This document shows, in pieces, positions 8,776 through 17,442 of a stretch of 64,000 bases of DNA. The notes beneath the pieces are model-generated. The model was not told the origin of the DNA and did not search any database. It worked only from the letters and a program-made list of their open reading frames with translations. Position numbers and translations under genes: made by a program. The stretch is from Rhodothermales bacterium (lineage in GTDB: Bacteria; Bacteroidota; Rhodothermia; Rhodothermales; JANQRZ01), in NCBI GenBank assembly GCA_965215165.1, contig CBDCCX010000006.1:2350959-2414958 (forward strand). The letters are read 5' to 3'. The first letter of the stretch is position 1, and every line of letters starts with the position of its first letter.

Positions 8776-9054
8776 GTTTCAGACGCTTTCAACGCCTACG
8801 CCCGGTCGGTCGCCGAGACGCTCCGCGCCGCCGGGCTGCGGGCCGAGCTGGACGAGCGGAGCGAGAAGGTGGGCCGCAAGATCCGGGACGCCGAGGTGCA
8901 GAAGACGCCCTACATGCTCATCGTCGGGGCGAAGGAGGCCGAGGCCGATTCCGTCGGCGTCCGTCGGCGGAGCGAGGGCGACCGGGGAGCCGTCCCGACC
9001 GCCGCCTTCGTCGAGCAGATCAAGGCCGAGATCGACGAGGCGTTAGGGCGGTGA
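8776..9054 (+). pseudogene. Displaced 3' remnant of thrS (codons 575-666 only)
   Basis: 92 codons plus a stop, colinear with thrS 5099..5377. By hand alignment, 74 of 92 residues are identical. There is no 5' part, and an in-frame TAA lies at 8764..8766. Confidence 0.85.
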
Positions 9055-9101
9055 GTACCCCCCGTTTCGCTTGCGGTCACTACGCTCCCTGCTACGCGAA
9101 A

Positions 9102-9126
9102 CTGTCCCCCTCGCCGAGGGGGACAG
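9102..9126. terminator. Perfect 11-bp-stem hairpin between the thrS remnant and the convergent fabF
   Basis: CTGTCCCCCTC-gcc-GAGGGGGACAG. Confidence 0.5.
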
Positions 9127-9180
9127 CCCGTTGCACCCTGAGCGAGGGGGAGCCGAGCGATGGTGCGATGGGCAGGGGGT

Positions 9181-10446
9181 TCACGCCTCGAACTTGCGGA
9201 AGACGAGCGTCGTGTTGTGGCCGCCGAAGCCGAAGGCGTTGGACATCGCCACGTTGACCTCGCGCTCGGCGGGCTCGTTGAACGTGTAGTTCAGGTCGCA
9301 GCGCTCGTCGGGCGTCTCGAAGTTGATCGTCGGCGGGATGCGGTCGCGCCGGACGGCGAGGATCGAGGCGATGGCCTCGATGGCCCCGGCCGCGCCGAGG
9401 AGGTGGCCGGTCATGCTCTTGGTCGACGACAGGTTCATCTCGTAGGCGTGCGCGCCGAAGACCTTCTTGATGGCCTCGGTCTCGGCCACGTCGCCGAGCG
9501 GGGTCGCGGTGCCGTGCATGTTGAGGTAGTCCACGTCCTCGGCCTCGAGCCCGCTCGTGTCGAGCGACATCTGCATGGCGAGGCGCGCGCCCGCGCCCTC
9601 GGGGTGCGGGGCCGTCAGGTGGTAGGCGTCGGCGCTCATGCCGAAGCCGGTCAGCTCGGCGTAGACCGTCGCGCCGCGCGCCTCGGCGCGCTCGAGGCTC
9701 TCGAGCACGAGGGCCCCGGCCCCCTCGCCCATCACGAAGCCGTCGCGCGTGGCGTCGAACGGGCGGCTGGCCGTGGCCGGCTCGTCGTTGCGGGTCGAGA
9801 GCGCGCGCATGGCGCCGAAGCCGCCGACGCCGATCTTGGTGATCGGGGCCTCGGTGCCGCCGCAGACGACGGTGTGGGCCATGCCGTTGCGGATCAGCAT
9901 GAAGGCGTCGCCGATGGCGTTGTTGGAGGTCGCGCAGGCGCTGACGGTCGCGTAGTTCGGCCCCTGGAAGCCGTGGCGCATCGCGATCAGGCCGGGCGCG
10001 ATGTCGAGGATCATGTAGGGCACGAAGAACGGCGAGAGGCGGCGCGGGCCTTGCTCGTGGAAGACGATGGTCTGGTCCTGGAAGAGCTTCATGCCGCCGA
10101 TGCCCGAGCCGAAGACGACCCCGACGCGCTGCTTCTGCTCCTGCGACATCGCCGCGCTGTCGAGGCCGGCGTCGGCGAGGGCCTGGTCGGCGGCCACGAG
10201 GGCGTACTGCGTGAAGGCGTCCATCCGGCGGGCCTCCTTGTGGTCGAGGTAGTCGGCCGGGTCGAAGCCCTTGAGCTCGCAGGCGAACGTCGTGGCGAAG
10301 TCCTCGGTGTCGAAGTAGGAGATCGGGGCGGCCCCGCTCTCGCCACGCATCATGCCCTCCCAGAAGGCCTCGGTGGTGAGGCCGAGCGGGGTGAGGGCAC
10401 CGAGGCCGGTGACGACGACGCGGCGGCCGGGGGGGAAAGCGTCCAT
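9181..10446 (-). CDS. fabF: Beta-ketoacyl-ACP synthase II
   Basis: 421 aa. [15 protein letters not shown], an active-site context with ATVSACATS, and HGTATPLGD...GHLLGAAG. It lies directly downstream of acpP. Confidence 0.95.
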   Translation of the reverse strand: MDAFPPGRRVVVTGLGALTPLGLTTEAFWEGMMRGESGAAPISYFDTEDFATTFACELKGFDPADYLDHKEARRMDAFTQYALVAADQALADAGLDSAAMSQEQKQRVGVVFGSGIGGMKLFQDQTIVFHEQGPRRLSPFFVPYMILDIAPGLIAMRHGFQGPNYATVSACATSNNAIGDAFMLIRNGMAHTVVCGGTEAPITKIGVGGFGAMRALSTRNDEPATASRPFDATRDGFVMGEGAGALVLESLERAEARGATVYAELTGFGMSADAYHLTAPHPEGAGARLAMQMSLDTSGLEAEDVDYLNMHGTATPLGDVAETEAIKKVFGAHAYEMNLSSTKSMTGHLLGAAGAIEAIASILAVRRDRIPPTINFETPDERCDLNYTFNEPAEREVNVAMSNAFGFGGHNTTLVFRKFEA

Positions 10447-10606
10447 GGCGAGCGGGGGTGAGCCGGGGCCGGGCGGCTCCGACGGGGGCTACAAACACGG
10501 GGACGGGGAGAGGCGGCGAGGCGAACCCTCGTGCTCCGCTCTCCACGCCCCCTCTGAAGCGCGAGGCCTCTGAGACGCGAGGTGCCGGCGCGCGGCCGGC
10601 GCTCGC

Positions 10607-10846
10607 TCAGGCCGTGCGGTTGGCCTCGACGTAGGAGACGGCGTCGCCGACGGTGGCAATCTTCTCGGCGTCCTCGTCGGGGATCGTCATGTCGAACTCC
10701 TTCTCGAACTCCATGATCAGCTCCACGGTGTCGAGCGAGTCGGCCCCGAGGTCGTCCTGGAAGGAGGCGTCGTCGCGGATCTCGCTCTCGTCGACGCCGA
10801 GCTTCTCGACGATGATGGAAGTGACGCGTTCTTTGGTATCAGCCAT
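10607..10846 (-). CDS. acpP: Acyl carrier protein
   Basis: 79 aa with the phosphopantetheine attachment motif [17 protein letters not shown]. Confidence 0.95.
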   Translation of the reverse strand: MADTKERVTSIIVEKLGVDESEIRDDASFQDDLGADSLDTVELIMEFEKEFDMTIPDEDAEKIATVGDAVSYVEANRTA

Positions 10847-11094
10847 GTCTGGGAGGGGGTGAGCGGGAGAGGCGGGCGGCGCGGGCGGCAGGGGCGCACG
10901 CCGTGGGTGAAGGGGAAAAGCTACGGTGGAGGCCCTTCGAAAGCAATCCGCTGCCGCCACCGGCGGGCGCTCAGGCCGCGAAGTTCCGGTTAGAACGGGA
11001 CCCGCGCGGCTGGGTTGCAGCCTCGCAGTTGGCGTGGCCTGCAGCATGGGCTATTTTCGACCTCTTCTTTCTCGCCGCTCCCACCGCTACGCGC

Positions 11095-12264
11095 ATGGCC
11101 TACCTCTTCACCTCCGAATCCGTCTCCGAAGGCCACCCGGACAAGGTCTCCGACCAGATCTCCGACGCCCTGCTCGACGCCTTCCTCACCGACGATCCCC
11201 ACAGCCGCTGCGCCATCGAGACGCTCTGCACGACGGGCCTCGTCGTCGTCTCGGGCGAGGTCACGAGCGAGACCTACGTCGACGTGCAGGAGGTCGCCCG
11301 GCGGACCATCGAGGAGATCGGCTACACCGACCCGGCGCTGCGCTTCGACGCCCGCTCCTGCGGCGTGCTCGTCACCATCCACGAGCAGAGCAGCGACATC
11401 GCCCAGGGCGTCGACGAGAACGCGGGCCTGGACCCGGACCAGGGCGCGGGCGACCAGGGCATGATGTTCGGCTACGCCACGAACGAGACCGACGAGCGGA
11501 TGCCGCTCGCGCTCGTCTGCGCCCACGGCCTGGTCAAGAAACTGGCCGAGATCCGCAAGGCCGGCGAGGCGATGCCCTACCTCCGGCCCGACGCCAAGAG
11601 CCAGGTCACGGTCGAGTACGGTGACGACCGCCGCACTATCCGCCGCATCCACACCGTCGTCGTCTCGACGCAACACGGCGAGGACGTGAGCCTGGCGCAG
11701 ATCGAGGCCGATGTCCGCGAGCACATCCTCCCGGCCGTCCTGCCTGCTCACCTGCTCGATGACGACCTGATCCTGCACGTCAACCCGACCGGCCGGTTCG
11801 TGGTCGGCGGCCCGCACGGCGACACCGGCCTGACCGGGCGCAAGATCATCGTCGACACCTACGGCGGCAAGGGCGCGCACGGCGGCGGCGCGTTCTCCGG
11901 CAAGGACCCCTCGAAGGTGGACCGCTCGGCGGCCTACGCCGCCCGCCACGTAGCCAAGAACCTGGTCGCGGCGGAGCTCGCCGAGGAGGTGCTCGTCCAG
12001 GTGGCCTACGCCATCGGCGTCGCTCAGCCGGTGAGCATCGACGTGACGACTTACGGCACCGGCGCGGTCCCGGACGCGGCGCTCGTCGCCGCCGTGCGCG
12101 ACACGTTCGACCTCCGCCCGAGCGCCCTCATCGAGCGGCTCGGCCTGCTCCGCCCCGTCTACCGCCCGACCGCCGCCTACGGCCACTTCGGCCGCGACGA
12201 GTTCGCGTGGGAGCAGCTCGACGCCGTCGACGCCCTGCGCGACGCCATCAGCGCGCACGCCTGA
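11095..12264 (+). CDS. metK: S-adenosylmethionine synthase
   Basis: 389 aa from the ATG at 11095. [52 protein letters not shown]. Confidence 0.95.
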   Translation: MAYLFTSESVSEGHPDKVSDQISDALLDAFLTDDPHSRCAIETLCTTGLVVVSGEVTSETYVDVQEVARRTIEEIGYTDPALRFDARSCGVLVTIHEQSSDIAQGVDENAGLDPDQGAGDQGMMFGYATNETDERMPLALVCAHGLVKKLAEIRKAGEAMPYLRPDAKSQVTVEYGDDRRTIRRIHTVVVSTQHGEDVSLAQIEADVREHILPAVLPAHLLDDDLILHVNPTGRFVVGGPHGDTGLTGRKIIVDTYGGKGAHGGGAFSGKDPSKVDRSAAYAARHVAKNLVAAELAEEVLVQVAYAIGVAQPVSIDVTTYGTGAVPDAALVAAVRDTFDLRPSALIERLGLLRPVYRPTAAYGHFGRDEFAWEQLDAVDALRDAISAHA

Positions 12265-12968
12265 TGGAACGCGCCTCGCTCCTGCCGGCCGCCATCCTCG
12301 CGCTCGGCCTCGTCGTAGCGGCGCTCGTCTTCGGGACGTTCTTCTACAACGCGCGTGACACGGGCGACACCGTGCAGACCGTCGGCGCGGCGACCGAGCT
12401 GTTCACCGCGGACGTGGCGAAGTGGCGGCTCGTGCTGATGCGCCCGACCGACCTCGACGGACAGCAGGCCGGCTACCGCGCGCTCGCCACCGACGTGCAG
12501 TCGCTCCGCGCCCAGCTTCGCGGCCTCGGCCTGCCCGACACCAGCGTCACTGTCCAGCCGCCGAGCGCGAACCCGACCTACGGCTACAACGGCACCCCGA
12601 CCGGCTACCAGGTCCAGCAGACCCTGTTCGTGGTCTCGGAGAACGTGGACGAGGTTGAGCGGCTCGCGCTCGACCCGGCGTCGCTCCAGACCGGCGGGGC
12701 CTCGCTCCAGTCGTCCTCGCTCGAGTATTTCTACTCCGACCTCGACCGGCTCAAGCGCAGCCTGCTCGCTCGGGCCACGGACGACGCCCGGGCGCGAGCC
12801 GCCGAGATCGTCGGGGCCGAGGTCGAGCACATGACGGCGGCGCGGGCGGGCGTCTTCCAAATCACCGAGCCGTACTCGACCGAGGTCAGCAGCTACGGGA
12901 TGCACAACACCGCGACCCGCCGGCAGGAGATCACCGTGACGGTCCACACGACGTTCGAGGTGGACTGA
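12264..12968 (+). CDS. SIMPL/DUF541-like membrane-anchored protein
   Basis: 234 aa. Its ATG overlaps the metK stop (TGATG). It has an N-terminal TM helix, and the overall composition resembles SIMPL-domain proteins. Confidence 0.55.
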   Translation: MERASLLPAAILALGLVVAALVFGTFFYNARDTGDTVQTVGAATELFTADVAKWRLVLMRPTDLDGQQAGYRALATDVQSLRAQLRGLGLPDTSVTVQPPSANPTYGYNGTPTGYQVQQTLFVVSENVDEVERLALDPASLQTGGASLQSSSLEYFYSDLDRLKRSLLARATDDARARAAEIVGAEVEHMTAARAGVFQITEPYSTEVSSYGMHNTATRRQEITVTVHTTFEVD

Positions 12969-13067
12969 CGGGACACGTTAAGAAGTCAACAATGCCGAAC
13001 CTGATGCTACCGGTCGCGTTTTTCCCATCTGACTCCGAAACCCCCGACCCAGAACCCCCGACCCGAC

Positions 13068-14363
13068 ATGGACCACAAAGAAGGACGCTACAAAGTCAAA
13101 GACCTGAGCCTCGCCGACGCCGGCCGGATGCGGATCGAGTGGGCCGAGAGCCGGATGCCGGTGCTGATGCGGATCCGCGACGAGTTCTCGAAGACCAAGC
13201 CGTTTGAGGGCTACAAGATCACCGGCTGCCTCCACGTCACCAAGGAGACCGCAGTCCTGATCGAGACCCTCGCCGCGTGCGGGGCCGAGGTCGCCTGGAG
13301 CGGCTGCAACCCGCTCTCGACGAACGACGAGGTCGCCGCCGCCCTCGCCGCCGGGCCGAAGGGCGACGGCAACGGGGTCGAGATCTACGCCTGGTACGGC
13401 CAGGACACCGACGGCTTCTACTGGTCCATCGACCGCACCATCGACACCACGCCCGACACGACGCTCGACGACGGGGCCGACCTCATCTTCCGCGTCCACA
13501 GCCAGTTCCCCGAGAAGGCCGAGGACATCATCGGCGGCTCCGAGGAGACCACCACCGGCGTCCACCGCCTCCGCGCGATGGCCGACGACGGCAAGCTGCT
13601 CTACCCCGTCTACGCCGTCAACGACGCCGAGACGAAGTGGGACTTCGACAACGTCTACGGCACCGGGCAGTCCACGCTCGACGGCGTGCTCCGCGCCTCG
13701 TCCGTGCTGATTGCCGGCAAGAACTTCGTCGTCGCCGGCTACGGCCACTGCGGGCGCGGCGTCGCGATGCGCGCCAAGGGCATGGGCGCGAACGTCATCG
13801 TCACCGAGATCAAGCCGACCGCCGCGCTCAAGGCCACGCTCGACGGGATGCGCGTGATGACGATGGAGGAGGCCGCCCAGGTCGGCGACATCTTCGTCAC
13901 CGCCACCGGCATGAAGGACGTCATCCGCGGCGAGCACTTCGTCAGCATGAAGGAGGGCGCGATCGTCTGCAACACCGGGCACTACGACGTGGAGCTGAAC
14001 CTGAAGGAGCTCGCCGAACTGTCGCAGGACACCCGCATGATCCGCACCGACAACCGCGAGTACACCCTCGACAACGGCAAGAAGGTCTACGTCCTCGCCG
14101 ACGGCCGGCTCGTGAACCTCGCCGCCGCCGAGGGGCACCCCTCCGAGGTGATGGACATGAGCTTCGCCAACCAGTTCCAGGCGCACCTCGCGCTGATCCG
14201 GGCGCACGAGGCGGGGGAAGAGATGCCCAACACGGTCCTCGACCTGCCCGAGGAGCTCGACCAGCAGATCGCGCGCGTGAAGCTCGAGACGATGGGGCTC
14301 GCCATCGACGCGCTCACCGACGAGCAAGTCGCCTACGCCACCGACTACTCGGCCGGCACCTGA
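13068..14363 (+). CDS. ahcY: Adenosylhomocysteinase
   Basis: 431 aa. KVKDLSLADAGRMRIEWAE, GCLHVTKETAVLIETL, VAGYGHCGRGVA, HPSEVMDMSFANQ. Confidence 0.95.
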   Translation: MDHKEGRYKVKDLSLADAGRMRIEWAESRMPVLMRIRDEFSKTKPFEGYKITGCLHVTKETAVLIETLAACGAEVAWSGCNPLSTNDEVAAALAAGPKGDGNGVEIYAWYGQDTDGFYWSIDRTIDTTPDTTLDDGADLIFRVHSQFPEKAEDIIGGSEETTTGVHRLRAMADDGKLLYPVYAVNDAETKWDFDNVYGTGQSTLDGVLRASSVLIAGKNFVVAGYGHCGRGVAMRAKGMGANVIVTEIKPTAALKATLDGMRVMTMEEAAQVGDIFVTATGMKDVIRGEHFVSMKEGAIVCNTGHYDVELNLKELAELSQDTRMIRTDNREYTLDNGKKVYVLADGRLVNLAAAEGHPSEVMDMSFANQFQAHLALIRAHEAGEEMPNTVLDLPEELDQQIARVKLETMGLAIDALTDEQVAYATDYSAGT

Positions 14364-14417
14364 GCCGATTTTAGATTGGCGACTGCGGAGTCTAGCTTGT
14401 CCGAGGTCCACAGACCG

Positions 14418-14452
14418 AGAGGGCCGTCTCGCACCGCGCGGGGCGGCCCTCT
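14418..14452 (+). terminator. Hairpin downstream of ahcY
   Basis: AGAGGGCCG ... CGGCCCTCT, a 9-bp stem with a 17-nt loop. Confidence 0.35.
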
Positions 14453-14857
14453 ATCGAGGCCCCGGAGCATCAGGCGACGGACTCCCGGTCGGTCCTCACC
14501 CTCTACTTCGCGGAGCCGATCGGGCAGAGGTGCCTTTCGCTTGCGCGCGTACGCGCTCGCAACAGCCGCCGGCGCGATCACCTCCTTGAAGAGATTCGCA
14601 AGCAGAGAGTGTTCACGGCCTCATCGACGTGGGGTGGGAGTTCGAGCGTGGGCATGGCGCGGGGGAAATGGAGAGGAGGCGTCAACGCTGCACCGCGCCG
14701 AAGGTACCGAGCGCGGAGAGAAGACCGGCTCGCACTGCGCGGAGCGGCTCTTCACCTCTTCGGGCAGATTCGGGCCGGCGCGCCGCGGGCGTATCTTCGG
14801 CGTCCGCCGCCACACGCCGACTGCGTGGATCAGAAAACCGTCCAGCGAGACCCTGAA

Positions 14858-16249
14858 GTGAGCCCGACGCTCGACGAGGCGCGAACCGACGACAGGGTGG
14901 AGCGGAGGAAGGTGAGGTCGTTCGCGCCGGCGGTTCTGCTCGTCGTGACGGGCTTGGCGCTGCTGCCGGGCTACCGCTACCACATCGGGATCGACGGCAT
15001 CTCGTACGTCTCGCTGGCCCGGTACTACGCCGAGGGAGAGCTGGGGCTGGCCGTCAGCGCGTACTGGTCGCCCCTGTTGCCGTGGCTCACGGCCCCGCTC
15101 GCCTGGCTGGGGGTGCCGCTGATCCCGGCGGCTAAGGTGGTGGCGCTGGCGTCGGGCGCGCTCGCGCTGGAGGCGCTCCGCCGGCTGCACCGGGCGGCCG
15201 GCACCCGGCCGGGGTCGGCGCTGGTCGTGAACATGGCCCTCGTGCCGTTTCTGCTGAACGCCGTCTTCCTGGGCGTCTTCGCAGACCTCGTGCTGGCGGC
15301 GGTCCTCGCGGGCTACCTCGTGGTCGTGCTCGGCGAGATGCCGGACGGGGTGCGGCGCGCGGGCGCGCGGGCGGGGCTGCTGGGAGGCGTAGCGTTTCTC
15401 TCCAAAGCCATCGCGCTCCCCTTCGTGCTGGCGCACCAGACGGCGCGCCTCGCGTGGCGCGTGCTCCGACGGCAACCGCTCCGGCCCGCGTTTGCGTTGG
15501 CCTGCCTCGGGGGGCTGGCCCTCGTCGTGGGCGTTTGGGTCGGCGTGTTGAGCGCGCACGAGGGACGCCCGACGTGGAGCACCGCCGCCTCGCACAACCT
15601 CGCGCTGGTGGCCCCGGAGTCGAAAGGCAACCCGATCCAGTTCGGCGGCCTCTTCGCGCCGCCGCACGAGGAGGCGGTGAGCGTCTGGGAGGACCCCAGC
15701 CGGCTCCCCGTCGTGGAGCAGCCGTGGCTGGACCACAGCCTGCCGGCCATTCTGCGCCGCGTCGGACAGAACGCGAGGCGGAACGCCCTCGAGACGTGGC
15801 GGACCCTCGCCGCCGAGGTGCCCGCGCTGGCGCTGTTGGGGCTGGGCGCGCTGTGGCTCCCCGCGCGCGTCGAGGCAGGATCGCGGCGGCGTGTGGCCGA
15901 GCGGGCCGCGCTGGCGGGCGCGCTCTTCGCGGCGGGCCACCTCGTGCTGTGGGTCGAGCCGCGCTATCTGTGGTTTCCGGTCCTGTGCCTCGCCCCGCTC
16001 GCCGGGGTAGCGCTCGACGCCGCGCGCAGGAGGCGGGGCGCGTTCCCTGCCGTGGCCCTCCTCCTCGTCCTGGGCACCGGGTGGCCCGCGGCCGAGGGGC
16101 TGGCGCTGCGGTGGCGCTCCGGCGAGCGCCTCCACGCGACGGGCGAGGCCGTCGCCGCCGTGCTCCCGCTGGACGGCCGGCGCGTAGCCTCTGCGGACTA
16201 TTGGCAGCGCTCGGCGATCCTGTGCCTCCAACTGGGTTGCCGGTACTAG
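14858..16249 (+). CDS. Polytopic membrane glycosyltransferase (GT-C / ArnT-PMT-like)
   Basis: More than 10 predicted TM helices, and an N-terminal region (DGISYVSLARYY...YWSPLLPWL) typical of GT39/GT83-type enzymes. The start is uncertain (GTG at 14858 or 14912). The upstream part of the track ORF (from 14609) is not membrane-like. Confidence 0.55.
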   Translation: MSPTLDEARTDDRVERRKVRSFAPAVLLVVTGLALLPGYRYHIGIDGISYVSLARYYAEGELGLAVSAYWSPLLPWLTAPLAWLGVPLIPAAKVVALASGALALEALRRLHRAAGTRPGSALVVNMALVPFLLNAVFLGVFADLVLAAVLAGYLVVVLGEMPDGVRRAGARAGLLGGVAFLSKAIALPFVLAHQTARLAWRVLRRQPLRPAFALACLGGLALVVGVWVGVLSAHEGRPTWSTAASHNLALVAPESKGNPIQFGGLFAPPHEEAVSVWEDPSRLPVVEQPWLDHSLPAILRRVGQNARRNALETWRTLAAEVPALALLGLGALWLPARVEAGSRRRVAERAALAGALFAAGHLVLWVEPRYLWFPVLCLAPLAGVALDAARRRRGAFPAVALLLVLGTGWPAAEGLALRWRSGERLHATGEAVAAVLPLDGRRVASADYWQRSAILCLQLGCRY

Positions 16250-16486
16250 GGCCTCCCGACGTCGGCGAGGCCGGGGCCGCTCCGTGACGAGCTGGTCGCC
16301 GAGGACATCGAGATGTTCGTGTCCTGGAGGGAGCCTCCTGCGGAGATCGTTGTCGCCTTCGGCTCGCCCCGGCACGTCGGCGAGGCCTACGTCTTCGATC
16401 TCACCGCTGGCGGCTCGGCGAGCGCGTCGCCGCCGTGATATACTCCACGACCGGCTTACCTCGTGCGCGCTCGTAGCCTCTCCCTC

Positions 16487-16723
16487 ATGGCATCCCCTAT
16501 TCCGGTTCCGATCCCTGCTATGGTCGCCGCCGTCGCCGAGGCGGTGCGGCCCCGGCGCGTCGTGCTCTTCGGCTCCCACGCCACGGGTGAGGCCGGGCCG
16601 GGGTCGGACGTAGATTTGCTCATCGTGGAGGACCGCCCCTTTCAGGACGAGCGCGCCTGCGCCGACGAGCTCGTGCGGGCCTGGGCGCTGATCGAGCATG
16701 TCAGCGCCCTGCTCCGAGATTGA
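16487..16723 (+). CDS. Nucleotidyltransferase (MNT-type) domain protein, short/truncated, no HEPN partner
   Basis: VVLFGSHATGEAGPGSDVDLLIVE is the minimal nucleotidyltransferase motif. The protein ends about 40 aa after it, and no HEPN-like ORF follows. Confidence 0.5.
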   Translation: MASPIPVPIPAMVAAVAEAVRPRRVVLFGSHATGEAGPGSDVDLLIVEDRPFQDERACADELVRAWALIEHVSALLRD

Positions 16724-16865
16724 AACCAAGAGCCGGGGCGCACACCGACGGCCAACAGGGTCAGCACGAGGGGTGCACCGATTCGCTCGTTGTGGCCCCC
16801 AGTCGAAAGTGGAGCGCCCGCTTCAGTCCTCGGTCGTTTCGGCGCTTAGCAGCGGTTGCCTACGT

Positions 16866-17348
16866 CTAGCGTTGCGGCGGGGCGGGGAAGCTGGCGCGGA
16901 GGGCGCGCATCGCTTCGATGTAGGCGTCGAGTCCGTCCACTTCCTTGCCGGCCTCGAACGTGACGCGCTTTTCCTCGTCCTCGCCTAGCTGCGCTCCGAC
17001 CCACTCGGCCCCGCCGTCGGCGCAGTCGGGGCAGCCGTACTGGGCCTCGGCACGGCGGAGAGCTTGGCGGTCGAGGGCGCGGTCGAGTTCAGCGCGCTCT
17101 GCCGCGCTGAGCGTACGGGTGTGGCGGACGTCCGGGACGGTCTCGCCGAAGCTCCAGCCGAAGTAGACCAGCGTCGCCGTTCGGCCGGCGACGGCCAACT
17201 CAGTGACGCAGTAGCCCAAGCACTCGCCGAAGCTGGTGCCGCTGAAAAGCTCGGGGCTCTCTACGGGGGCAGGCTCGTTTCGCTCGTCGCTCAGGAGCGA
17301 GCACCCGGCGAGCGAGAGGAGCAGGAGGACGAGCAGAAGGCGGTTCAT
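16866..17348 (-). CDS. Hypothetical lipoprotein
   Basis: 160 aa. Lipobox LLLLSLAGCS. Several paired Cys residues (CLGYC, CPDC). Confidence 0.55.
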   Translation of the reverse strand: MNRLLLVLLLLSLAGCSLLSDERNEPAPVESPELFSGTSFGECLGYCVTELAVAGRTATLVYFGWSFGETVPDVRHTRTLSAAERAELDRALDRQALRRAEAQYGCPDCADGGAEWVGAQLGEDEEKRVTFEAGKEVDGLDAYIEAMRALRASFPAPPQR

Positions 17349-17442
17349 GGGGCGCAGAGGGCAAGGTGAAATCGCGAATCTACTTTGACCCGAACGTCCG
17401 ACTCAAGGCATCTCGCGCTTCCATCTCGCTCCCGATGCTGCC

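Noticed and set aside
10847-11094. Possible SAM riboswitch in the 248-bp region upstream of metK (contains GGTGGAGGCCC...GAAAGC...TTCC...AGAA and a GGTGG/CCACC stem).
   Set aside because: I could not align the SAM-I core (GGCAACC, GUGC.AA.UCC, closing AGAUGAG) or the SAM-II/IV/V signatures by eye. A covariance-model search is needed, and without one the claim is unsupported.
12969-13067. Possible SAH riboswitch upstream of ahcY.
   Set aside because: The leader is only 99 nt and shows no SAH-element-like pseudoknot or conserved core. It contains only a short AACCCCCGACCC direct repeat.
16247-16438. The reading frame stays open for 62 codons after the TAG stop of the GT-C gene (..LGCRY*GLPTS...). 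With the hicB TAG, this hints at amber read-through or recoding.
   Set aside because: TAG terminates several well-defined genes here (nfi, the nitroreductase, the OM barrel and the lipoproteins). The downstream peptide has no recognisable domain, and open frames after stops are common in GC-rich DNA.
14621-16729. Very long ORFs in alternative frames or on the antisense strand of real genes. Examples: 14621..16729 (-), 24011..25888 (+), 37559..40312 (+), 22052..23719 (-), 9092..10546 (-). Also the N-terminal extensions of 1628..3109 and 45773..49435.
   Set aside because: Their translations are Arg/Pro/Ala/Gly-rich and low in complexity, with no recognisable motifs. They overlap CDSs that have clear family signatures. 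Long stop-free frames are expected at this G+C content.
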